Below, in pieces: positions 11,950 to 23,497 of a stretch of DNA of 64,000 nucleotides (positions within the stretch are counted from its first letter, which is position 1; every line of letters starts with the position of its first letter). The stretch is from contig OX597822.1 of assembly GCA_951406725.2 (NCBI GenBank), positions 54,808,001 to 54,872,000 of the forward strand, read 5' to 3'. The notes beneath the pieces were generated by a model, which saw only the letters and a list, made by a program, of their open reading frames with translations, ran no database searches and was not told the origin of the DNA. Source of the DNA: Octopus vulgaris. Lineage: Eukaryota. The translations under genes and the position numbers were made by a program.

Positions 11950-13055
11950 TGAGCAGTGGCTTTAATAGGCATGTTGGTTAACCCCATAATTGTTGGTTAT
12001 AGTATATGGAATGAAGAGGAATCAAGGCTCTTGGAGTCTGTGATACAAATGACTTAATGATATGTAACATCAGCTTTGAGAAACTAGCCAGCCTCCTGAT
12101 CACCCACCATTCAAGTGAATACATAATCCAAACAGACTTCATAATCACCAGGAAACAGAATAGTCAGATGGTTGTGAATACCTAGCCTTATGCTGATGAA
12201 GCATGTATCATTCGATATAGAATAGCATTTAGTGATATCAGTTAAAGAACCAGAGACACTAAACAATCTGGGGAAGGAAGGCTTGGAAACTGAAAAATAT
12301 TTCAGCCAGCATTAGGTTTAAAAAAGAACTAGGTGATCTTATTCTTAAGAGAATGAGATAGAGACTTTATAAGAGACAACCAGGACTTTCTCTGAGAGAA
12401 CTTGTTGCACATCACAGATCAGATCTGTAGATGTAGCAATGTTTCAGATGAATGCTAAATAACGGATCTAGAAACAGTTAATGGTAAGTGGAGGGTAAAG
12501 AACAATATCAAGTAGCTAGAAGAGAAGTTTGATGACAGGTGTACTTAGTAAGAAGGGAAATGAAAAGCAAGAGGTTTGTCAATGTTGTGTGATAGCTCAA
12601 GGTATTCCAGTTTGCAAAACACTATGTTAGTACAAATTGGGACATAATTGGTGAGAAATTTATAGGTAAAGATAAAAGTGCCCTCACTGATGTTGAGATG
12701 AGAGAGTCATACAAGTGCTATTACAAGAGGTTTCTGAATGAGGAGAATAGCTGAGAGAGATATGGACTAAGTATGTTCACCAGAGGGATCAGCTTTTCAG
12801 ATCAGCAGCTATACAATTGAAATAGCTGTGAAGGACATGAAAGTAAGAAACCAAATGGATCATCTGCAATGGTTACTGATAGGTTTAAAATATCCAGGAA
12901 AGTATGTTACATACTGCTTAATCAAGTTGTACAGAAAGAGGTTATTCCAAAAGACTGGAATAACGATATCATCAACTGTTGTAAGGGCAAAGGATCTTCT
13001 AGAATGAAGCAACTACAAAGACATCATCTGATGGACCAAGTTATGAAAGCATCAA
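11950..13055 (+). mobile_element. Degenerate RTE-clade LINE (APE endonuclease C-terminus through RT N-terminus)
   Basis: Broken readings EESRLLE, DTNDLMICNISFEKLASLLITHHSSEYIIQTDFIITRK (endonuclease) and LNQVVQKEVIPKDWNNDIINCCKGKG...LMDQVMK (RT domain 0/1). Many stops and frameshifts. Confidence 0.8.
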
Positions 13056-13064
13056 GGAACAACA

Positions 13065-13271
13065 CAAAGGTGTGCTGAAAATTCTCTGGCTTTAAGAATA
13101 TCATGAAAGGCCTGGTTGGAGACCCAATCTTTCAAGTTCTTTTACAGGGCTTAGAAAAACCATTGCAATAAGTGTGAATATGAGAAGGAAATATGTTGAA
13201 TAAAATCATGATTAACTGATCCTCCTGTATTTTCTTTTATTCAAAGCCAGGAACTTTTCAGCATCCCCTCA
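13065..13271. mobile_element. Mariner-type MITE (~210 bp)
   Basis: TIRs of the form CGAGGGGnTGCTGAAAAGTTCCTGGCTTT, with TA at the right end. Same family at 26316-26531 and 40474-40680. Confidence 0.75.
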
Positions 13272-13654
13272 TAGTTAAAATACAGCAAATGAAGAAGAAA
13301 ATTAGTTTGAGATCAGTTCAGGGTTGTACCAAAACAATAGAATCTCAGGTATGTTTTTCATGTCCTTGGTAGTTTTAAATCTTTTATATTAATTTCCTCC
13401 CGAAAATTTCTCTTTTGAATTGTATTTTTTTTTTTTTCTCTCAATCAGTTTGTCTACAACTTTCATAAATACATGTTAAATTCAACAGAGTATTTCAAAT
13501 TGAAAATGTACAATTGTGCATTTGTACTTCATATTCTGCCTCAAGAAATTGTCTGACCTGTACAAGCATGGAACAATGGACAGTAGATGATGACGATGGT
13601 GATGATTCCTGTTATTAGATACTCTGACCTGGTCTGTTTTTTCTTTCTCTTCAT

Positions 13655-13711
<57 letters not shown>

Positions 13712-14639
13712 TGCAACTCATGAGACAGGCAAACTGCACATCATATTTAATATTGTTGGCTTACACTGTTAGCTTTAACAGTTTTGCTTTAAGTAGTTGC
13801 TCATGCTGTTCCTTTTCATTCAAGTTTGTGTTCTTACTTTCACTATACTCTTTCCTCTACACTAATTATTAACAGATCCATGCTTCTTTGTCTTTCTTTT
13901 GGATCATTACTCTACATGACTATACTACTACAACATCTACAAACTCAAGATTTTGGAATTGCCTGCTTTTTATTTCTTCACTGATTTCATGTGTAAGCTT
14001 TCCATTGCTTATATAAGAGAATTCATGAATACACCAAGGAGAAGAGCTGTACCCTTCTCTTGGTCTTGATTCTATGAGAAATTATTTTATGTTCTCTTTA
14101 CTGCAACTCAATAAGACTTACATCTGTTAGAGATTAAGATACAAATCCATGATCCTTCCTAATGAATCTAAATAGCTACAGGTTGGGTCAAATGTCATGA
14201 ACTCTGACTGCATATTATGATGTGGAGCATAGTCTACTGGCTTCAGCTGTTGCACCAACTGAAATTTTATGCTTAATGACTATACCAAAGACTTTCTTGG
14301 GGGTTGATAAAAGTTGATACCAAAATGGATGTTTTTAATGTATTTGAAAACGATGCCAATCTTTCAACATGGCCATTATTTGGTATTTGTCTAACCGAGA
14401 GTTTCATTTTCAGTTTTTTGAAAACTAAAATTGTTTGGCCATTATTTGATCCAGGTATGTTTGTTACTAAGTCATAATAGTTTTTTTATTACAGAAATAA
14501 TCATCTCAGTTTCACATGATAGAATTTTTTTTTTCCGCTAAAAATGTAGATTTCCAAACTAAGTAGTGGAGCCAAACATTTAGGAATTTCTATAAAGTTT
14601 TGAGAATTATTCTGAGAAATGTTCAATTCAATCCAATAA

Positions 14640-14852
14640 CAGTTTCTTATTTCTTTATTGCCCACAAGGGGCTAAACATAGAGGGGACAGACAAAGTGAT
14701 TAAGCCGATTATATCGACCCCAGTGCATAACTGGTACTTAATTTATCGACCCCGAAAGGATGAAAGGCAAAGTCGACCTCTTGCGGAATTTGAACTCAGA
14801 ACATAACAGCAGACGAAATACTGCTAAGCATTTCGCCCGGCATTCTAACGTA
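14640..14852 (-). mobile_element. tRNA-derived SINE, family B
   Basis: Core gttctgagttcaaattccgc...gtcgactttgcctttcatcctttcggggtcgataaa on the minus strand. More than 20 copies in the window. Confidence 0.8.
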
Positions 14853-16088
14853 AGGTATTCCTCTTTAGCAGATCAGTATTTGTTTCATGATTATTTGATT
14901 TTTTTTTTTTTATGTAATCTAGTTCATCATCATCATCACATATGCTGGCATGGGTTGGGCAGAAATATTTTTGATTCATATAAAACAAGATTGCCATGTA
15001 TCTCCTGTACAGCTAGAAACCTGTTCCTGTCCCTTCTATCATATTTTAGCTTCTTAGCACTTAGAATAAAGCCTCAGTTGTTTTAGTTTTGCATGTTACA
15101 TAATGACCTCAGCAGAGCTGGTACCATGACAAAAGCATCCAGTAGTGGTTGGTATTAGGAAGGTTATCCAGCCATGGAAACTATGCTGAAGCTTCTATTG
15201 AAGCTTGGTACAGGCCCCTGACTCAGCAGATCCTGTGGAACAGTTCAGTTCATAGCAGCATGGACATTAAATGATGATGATAATACTTTTGATAACTGTA
15301 GTTTTTGTTTGCTGTATCATATCTTATTGTGATTGTTTACAAACTTTATGTTGGTAATTATTTCATACTGCTAATCTCTATTTCTGTGGAATTAATTTGG
15401 TTAAGATTAATCTTATTAAAACAGCTGAACATGCTGAGTATGATAATCACTTCTCACCTGGTCATTTTCCAACTTCTTAATTATGTATATTGACTTTAAT
15501 TAAGATAATCCTAGAATCAGCAATTCTTCAATCTCTCTCTCAGTCGCCTTCAGAATTAGTGAATTATGTCAAAATCATTTGCATAAGTCCAGTTGTCTTG
15601 TTTTAATTATCAGAACTTGTTATACACAAATAAAATCTGAGAGAGTTTGTCGACAAGTTTGATTGCTGTAAGGTAAAATATCTGACATCCTGGACGCCAG
15701 TACATAACTAACAAAATTCACATTATTTACTTATCAAGTCTGTAAATATATTTTCCACTCAAAACAACAATCATAATTGTTTGTTTCTGTCACAAAACAA
15801 TTAAGTGTGAACTGTCTTTGTTGAGTTATTATCGTCTCCTTTCTTGAATAGAATTAAGAAATTATGTTCACTTAATATTATTAGTGTCTGTACTGCCATT
15901 TTTGTAAGAAAAACTTACAGAATTGGTGCTGTATGTTTGTGAATTCTGTAGCTATCGTATGGAATTTCTCATGATGAATCTTCTTTGTCAGTATTTGTAC
16001 CGAGGCTGTACATTGACTACAGTCTGATTTGTGCTATATTTTCATATTTCTACAAATGAAGGAAGAGTTTCAAAAAAAGAAATATTTA

Positions 16089-16810
16089 GGCACAGACATG
16101 GCTATGTAGTAAGAGGTTTGCTTCCCAGCCACATGGTTCCAGGTTCAGTCCCACTGCATGGTACCTTGGGCAAGTGTCTTCTACTATAGGCACAGGCATG
16201 GCTGTGTGTTAAGTAGCTTGCTTACCAACCACATGGTTCCAGGTTCAGTTCCACTGTGTGGCACCTTGGGCAAGTGTCTTCTACTATAGCCTCGGGCTGA
16301 CCAAAGCCTTGTGAGTGAATTTGGTAGACGGAAACTGAAAGAAGCCCGTTGTATATATGTACATATATGTTTGTGTGTCTGTTGTGCTTGTCCCCACCAA
16401 CATCACTTGACAACTGATGCTGGTGTGTTTATGTCTTCATATCTTAACAGTTCGGCAAAAGAGACCAATAGAATAAGTACTAGGCTTACAAAGAATAAGT
16501 CCTGGGGTCAATTTGCTCAACTAAAGGCGGTGCTCCAGCATGGCAGCAGTCACATGACTGAAACAAGTAAAAGAGTATATGTATGTGTGTCTTTAGGTTA
16601 ATGTTTGTCCCCCATCACTGCTTGACAACTGCTGTTTCTGTGTTTATGTCCCTGTAACTTAGTGGTTCAGCAAAAGAAACCAACAGAATAAGAACCAGGC
16701 TTAAATAAATATATATATATATAATTACTGGAATTGATTTAGTCAAATAAAAATTCCTCAAGGTGGTATCCCAGTATGGCCACAGTCTAATGGCTGAAAA
16801 ACAAGGAAAA
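16089..16810 (+). mobile_element. Family A SINE cluster: duplicated head, full copy and extra tail
   Basis: Head 16089-16188 is repeated immediately at 16189. Full body runs to ~16576. A second tail fragment lies at 16600-16810. Confidence 0.8.
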
Positions 16811-19800
16811 AGAAATAAAAAAAAAATAGGAAAAAGATTTGAAGGAAACATTTTCTCATGAAAGTTATTTCGAGTTTTATTAATCTGGACTTATTTTTTT
16901 CTTCCATTATGCAATTGTAATGAATTTTCAACAATTACAATTAACTCAGATTTATTTGTAGTTCTTCTGGAGTTGATGTCTGTCAAGACAAACAACCAGC
17001 CAATTATTCTCTTGTCGTTCTTAGAAAGTTCTTTATCCAGACATCAGTTGTATCTAAAAACCATCTCACCAGCTTCAGAATTATTTTTTTTTCCTTCAGA
17101 TTTTTCACCTGTGTTCATTATCATCCTCCCATCTGATGGTTGCCTCTGGCGTCATTTCTTCTACTGTCATCATGCTTCATATCCTTGGGGACACATTACC
17201 AACATCTGTTTTACTCAATTTTTAATGAAGATAGCACTATTCTTTTTCCACTTAAAAAAAAACACAATAACAATGTTTATTAAGGAAACAAACTCATTTT
17301 CTTTTAATGAAATCATTCTTTTTCTTTTTTCTTTTTTTTTTTTTGGTTTTCATAATGTCTTGGAAACTTTTTCTTTAATAATGTGTGCTAATAAATAAAT
17401 TAATGACTATCCCTACCATATGAATGATCACTTCTCATAAGACTCATCCAATTATCTTTCACTGAAGGCATCCCAGCTTTTTGATATTACAGCACTGTTA
17501 GCATACTAGGCCAAATGCTCAGTAGTATTTCTATCTTGATGTTCTGAGTTCAAATTTTGCCAAGGTCAACTTTGCTTTTCATCCTTTCAAGGTAGATAAA
17601 ATAAATACCAATTGAGCACTGGGGTTGATGTAATCGGCTTAATCTGACTCCCCCAAAATTGCTGGCCTTGCGCCAAAATTTGAAACCAATTTAAAGGAAG
17701 TGTTAGCACACTGGGTAAAATGCTTAGTGGCATTTCATCTAACTTTACATTCTGAGGAGTCAACTTTGGCTTTCACTCTTTCAGGGTCAATAAAATATGT
17801 ACCAGTTTGATCGACTTACTCCCTCCTCTGCAATTGCTGGACATGTGCCAAACTTTGAAAACAATATTACTGCTACTATATATGGTCATGTGATTACTTT
17901 TCTAGGATATTTAAGAGGGTAATTTTGTTTACACACACACACACACACACACATGTACACATACATGACATATGCACAGACACACACACATACATCTCTG
18001 ATATACTCAACTGAGGCAGTTTTTAATGCAAAATAACCATCTCCAAGTCATATTCGATATATACACACACACACACACACTGTTGATAGGCCAGTTACTG
18101 TAGATGTGTCCTGAGATAACATCTCTTATGGATTTACTATTAAAATCACTGCAGATATCAGAGAAAGACATGCTAGCCACTACACATTCTTTATTTTCTC
18201 TCCTTGTTTCTTTCTGTGTTCCTTTCTGTGGAAGATCGTAGGCTTGAAACGTTTGAGACTTTTTCACTTCCCGAGCATTATACTTATACATCTATTTGTT
18301 GTCTATACCACCTGTCTTTGTCTTTTGTTTTTTTGTGAATTCTCCGTATATATATATACATACAAACATACATATATATATTTACAGATGCTAAATGATA
18401 ATGATGGAAATCTCAAGGCTACAAGATAATACATGATTAATTCAAAACAATGGGAATAAATAAAATTTACGTTTGAAAGGAGTAACCTGAATGCTAAAGG
18501 GTTAAATTGGAACATACAGTTCTATATTTAAGAGATGAGAAATTATGTACATTAATTACATAATTTACATTTGTCCTGCCATATGAATGATCACTTCGCA
18601 TAAGACTGATCCAATTATCTTTCACTGAAGGCATCCCAGCTTTTTGATATTACAGCACTGTTAGCACACTGGGCCAAATGCTCAGTGGTATTTCATCCAT
18701 CCTGATGTTCTGAGTTCAAATTTTGCCAAGGTCAACTTTGCTTTTCATCCCTGAGAACAACGTTAAGGGCACACCTGTCTGTGGAATGCTCAGCCACTTG
18801 CACATTAATTTCACGAGCAGGCTGTGTGGTTGATTGAATCATCTGGAACATTCATCATTATAACTGAACCAGGCCTATTTCTAAATGTGGATTCTTCAAA
18901 CTGAGCCAACTGGCTGGAGACCTAGGTGTAGATCAAAAAGGAAATAACTGGATAATATCCAGTCTCTCAGATGGATAATTTTGGGAATCCAGCCAGAGAG
19001 TGTAATGATGGTGACTTCTGACAGGACCCTCTGAAGGAGTTGCCTGGGGGCTTTTCTGCTACAATGGGCAGAGAAAATGGATCTGTGGATGGACAGGTGG
19101 ATTTATATGGAGATTTTAATGGGATTCTTTATGATCAATCAGAGATGTGTTATCCTCTCAAAGGGCTATTTAAGTGTAATATTTTTAATGAAAGATAATT
19201 TTTAAAATATAAAAATATTAGAATATTATTATTTAGGTTAAAGTAAAATTTCAGAATTTAAAAAGTTAAGAACCAGATTTAAAATTTAAAAGGTTTTCAA
19301 AGGTGGATATTTAAATGTAATAATTTAGCATCATCATCATCATCGTTTTGATATACACTTTCCCATGCTGCCATGGGTCAGACAGTAACACACACACATG
19401 CATATATTCCTACAAATAGCAAATATAAGACTTGTCGATATTTTATATTTTTAACTTTTAAATTAATTTCTATTTTATGCTTTTTCACTATTTTTAGTAG
19501 GTACACATGTGGCTGAGTGGTTATATATGTGTGTGAGTAAGTATATATATGTGTGTGTGTGTGTGTGTTACTGTCTCCTTGCCTTGACTTCATTTAATAG
19601 TTGTAAACAAGTTTCACTGTCATGCAAGCAGTGGTCTGTCTTTTATTGCCAGTCTTCCATGAAAACATGTCTGGTCATGGAAATATTGTGTTGCTTGGAA
19701 ACAGGTGATGCTTGGCATCAGAAAAGGCATCAAAGTTTATTTGATCCATGCATGAAAAGGTGGACATAAATTAATGATGATTATAATTATTTTTTTTATT

Positions 19801-21074
19801 TTCACTTTACCTTTTCTTGCAGTTTTTTAAACTTTCTACAAATAACCAAAAGTAACTTGTTAAACAGTATACAGCAATCTGTTCAGTGAAAATTACTAGA
19901 ATTGTTCAAATTCTCAAATAATCTATACTTTTATAGTTTCATACTAAATGATTACATTTAAAGATCTTCCCTCATAAAGCTTTAAATTTCAAAGCTAATT
20001 TTTCATTTTTTGAAATTTGAATTTTATGTCAAATTTAATTTTGATTTATTTCATATTCATAACCTTATCAATTATTGCATTTTAAAATTGACTTTCCTCA
20101 GAAAAATTACACTTAAATAACCTGTTGTGAAAACAATGTATTCCTGATTGGATTATATTACATTTGAATGAAATCTACATATAAATCCATATATAGAAAA
20201 ATTACAAGGAATCCCCTATAGATTATAATCCCTTTCAATAAAATCTGCATTTAAAATGCATTTCAAAAATAAGCACATGCCTTTAAGTAAGAAAGTGAAT
20301 TCATATTGGAGTGTATCAAAAATATTGCTCAATCACCATAAAGCAAAATATTTAAAAGCCCAAGTAATAAATTCTCCAATGTTTACTAAACAATACCTTA
20401 CACCTCTGCCTAAGCTTTGTGAGATAAAGTTATTAATTTTTTTCCCCCCTGTTTATTTTGATCCTTTCCAATAGTCGAGACTATTGAAACGGTTGCAAGA
20501 TGCAACGAAAATTTTAGGAAAATAAAAATAAGAAATAAGTGGAAATTTTACCGGTGAGTGTGTTACATTATAAGGCACAAAAAGAAAATTACTCTCCCAG
20601 ACACAACAGAATATGCTTCAACACATGAACTCATATAAAGAATCTTGTAAACCAAATCCAAAAATGAAATTTTATTTCAGTTAACATCAAAAATATTTTT
20701 CTTATGGAGTCTTATGTCTTTTTTTGTAGCTCTATTCTTTCTCTACAAATTCTGTTTATTGCTTTTGAAATTTGAATGAATTTTACTTCTCTTCATACAT
20801 ATGACGATTGAGTGCCAAATAGAAAAAAAAAATTAAGAAATTTATCTGACAACTCCATACTTTCATGATGTTTTCTTGTTCTTGATTGGGTGAACAAAGA
20901 CAGGAATATTTTGGTTGTGAAATGGCTGAATCATTACAGCATTGAATAAAAATTCTCATGTTATTTGATCCAACTTTCTGCACTGAATTCAAATCCCTCT
21001 AATGTAAATTCTGCCTTTCATCCTTTCTAGGTTGATAAAAAAAACTACCAGTCTAGTGCTGTGGATTGATACGA

Positions 21075-21385
21075 CTTTTATGAACTTCTACCTGCATGCT
21101 AAATTTGTCACCAAACTCATTACTTGTTGCACCTATTGTACATGATCTGCACAGCCCTCACAAACCATTTATCCACCCCTAGCTTCCTTATCAACCACCG
21201 AATTACAGAGCAAGGCACCCTGTCAGAGGTCTTCTCCAAGTTGACCAGGTATAGGGGTCTTACACCTGGCTTAGTGCTTTTTCTGAACTTGTCTCGCTAG
21301 GAATATGACACTAATAGTACCTCTTCTTCATACAAAGTCACACTGCATTTCATCCAGGCCAATCATGTTCCTCTTAAATTCAGCA
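21075..21385 (-). mobile_element. Degenerate RTE LINE reverse transcriptase fragment
   Basis: Minus-strand readings IGLDEMQCDFV, GTISVIFLARQVQKK, VNLEKTSDRVPCSVIRWLIRKLGVDKWFVRAVQIMY match the RT domain 2-3 motif (DLEKAFDRVP). Confidence 0.8.
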
Positions 21386-21389
21386 AAAA

Positions 21390-21835
21390 AAGCAGTGAGC
21401 TGGCAGAATCATTAGCAGGCTGGGCAAAATGCTAAACGGTATTTTGTTCGACTTTGTTTTGAGTTCAAATTCTGCCAAATTCAACTTTACCTTTTGTCCT
21501 TTTGGGGTGGATAAAATAAGTACCAGTTGAGTACAGAGGTCGATGTTATTGACTGGTCCCTTCCTCCAAAATTTCAGGCCTTGTACCTTTAGTAGAAAGG
21601 ATTATTAAATTCAGCAAGAAGGCAGTGAGGTGGCAGAATCTTTAGCATGCCAGGCAAAATGCTTAGGGGCATTTCATCTGACTTTATTCTGCCTTCAAAT
21701 TCTGCCAAGGTCATCTTTACCTTTCACCCATTTGGGGTCGATAAAATAAGTACCAGTTGAGCACTAGGGTCGATGTAATCAATTTACCTCCTTCCTCAAA
21801 ATTTCTGGCTTTGTGCCAAAATTTGAAACCGTGAT
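21390..21835 (+). mobile_element. Two tandem family B SINEs, CpG-decayed
   Basis: Heads gcagtgagctggcagaatc and ggcagtgaggtggcagaatc, each followed by the family B core. Confidence 0.75.
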
Positions 21836-22649
21836 TAATTTCAGCAACAACACTTTCTGTAACTCTTGCATCCAATTTTCCATGTTAGCATGGATTAGTT
21901 GAATGCAGTAATGATGATAGTGTTTTATGACTGGAGCCCTTCCTGCCACAAACCACGACCTAATGCCCACACAAACAGGCACAGGTATGGCTGGCTGAGT
22001 GGTTAAGAAGCTTGCTTCCCAATCACATGGTTTCAGTTTCAGTCCCAATGTCTGGCATTTTGAACAAGTGTCTTCTATAGATCTAGGTTGATCAAAGCCT
22101 TGTGATTGGATTCATTCAACTAAAAATTCAAGGTGGTGCCCCAGCATGACCACAGTCTAATGACTGAAACAAGTAAGATATAAAAGATAAAATGATATAT
22201 ATTTATATGTGTATTGGCGTGGGATAAATAAAGTCAATGCCTTAAGCAAATTTATATTTAGCGCCATCTGAGTTATGCCCCTTTAAATTCATATCACCTT
22301 GCTTTGATTACGTCTGTTTTGACATTGACGATTAAATAAGTAGCCAGTTGACTCTTCTTACAGATACTGCCTCTGCACGGCTGAATTTAATGACTGAAAT
22401 TAGTAAAAATAATCATCCAGTTTTTGTGTAGTGGTGATGAAGTTACTAGAATTTGAAGAAGACATTGTAAATGATGGTCGTCAACTGACTAAATTATATA
22501 ACCGAAAGAGAGTCTATATGTGATTGTGAGCCAATGAGGAAGCCTATAAGTAGTTATTTAATTTGCTAGAAACAATAGCATACTATAATTCCTACATTTA
22601 ATGAAAATAGGGAGAGCTCTTATTTTATTAGTTAATTACAGTGTAATCA

Positions 22650-23497
22650 GTGAGGACGCATGGCCTAGTGGTTCGGGTGTTACTTGCAATTGCGAGATCG
22701 TGGTTTCAATTCCTAGACAGGGTGGTGCATTGTGTTCTTGGGCAAAACACTCCATCTCACATTATTCTGCGATCATTTGAATACCTAACACATGGTACAC
22801 TGTGCACTTGTTTAGGCAATGTTGATTTGATGACGAGAGTGAGCAAATGTATTGGGTTGTCCGGAAAGTTCATGCCGATTTATAGTAGCTTACCTTTCGA
22901 CTTATTTTAGAACATGGTTGAGTTCATAAAATAGGATTTGACTACACCTTCAGAGCACAGTTTAAGCTATCTTTTCGTGGAAGAAGGTTTATGTTCCTAT
23001 AACCTGTGTTAATTCTGTAACCCTTTAAAATGGAAGATGAGAAAGTTCATTTTCGGCACTTCATGCTTTGGGAACCAGACAAAAGTTGCTGCAGCTCAGC
23101 TGGGATGTGTTACCCCACCCTCCATATTCACCTGATATTGCTCCTTCGGATTTCCACTTATTCAGGTCTTAATGGTAAAAATTTCAATTCCTTGGATGAT
23201 GTAAAAAGATACCTTGATGAATTCTTTGCCATGAAACCACCTCAATTCTGGAAAGAGGGTATTTTCAAGTTAAAGGAAAGATGGAGAAGCATTGTGCAAC
23301 AAAATGGTTCATATTTGGTTGATTAAAAATGTAATGGCAAGTATTTATTAACCTTTTTCTTTCCTTTAAAAATCGGCACAGACTTGCCAGACAACCCAAT
23401 ACAACACATACATTTGATCACTTCAAACAAATCATTTGTGTTGGCTGTTCGGCAAAAGCTGAAAACTCATACGTTGTCTTTGAAGGGAGAGTCCATG
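22650..23497 (+). mobile_element. tRNA-derived SINE (family D variant) interrupted by a mariner
   Basis: Head gtgaggacgcatggcctagtggtt. The two halves (22650-22849 and 23402-23497) are colinear with the uninterrupted copy at 40706-40996. Confidence 0.75.
22852..23399 (+). mobile_element. Internally deleted mariner transposon (548 bp)
   Basis: TIRs TTGGGTTGTCCGGAAAGTTCATGCCGATTT / aaatcggcacagacttgccagacaacccaa, with TA at 22850-22851 and 23400-23401. Transposase N-terminus MEDEKVHFRHFMLWE is fused to the C-terminus LPHPPYSPDIAPSDFHLFRS...FWKEGIFKLKERWRSIVQQNGSYLVD. Confidence 0.92.

Noticed and set aside
18880-19200. GC-richer stretch with a ~55-codon open frame
   Set aside because: No recognisable motif and no convincing splice-site pair.
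23030-23326. 98-aa ORF as a functional transposase or SETMAR-like gene
   Set aside because: Most of the catalytic domain is deleted and the YSPD motif is out of frame with the start codon. It is a non-autonomous remnant.
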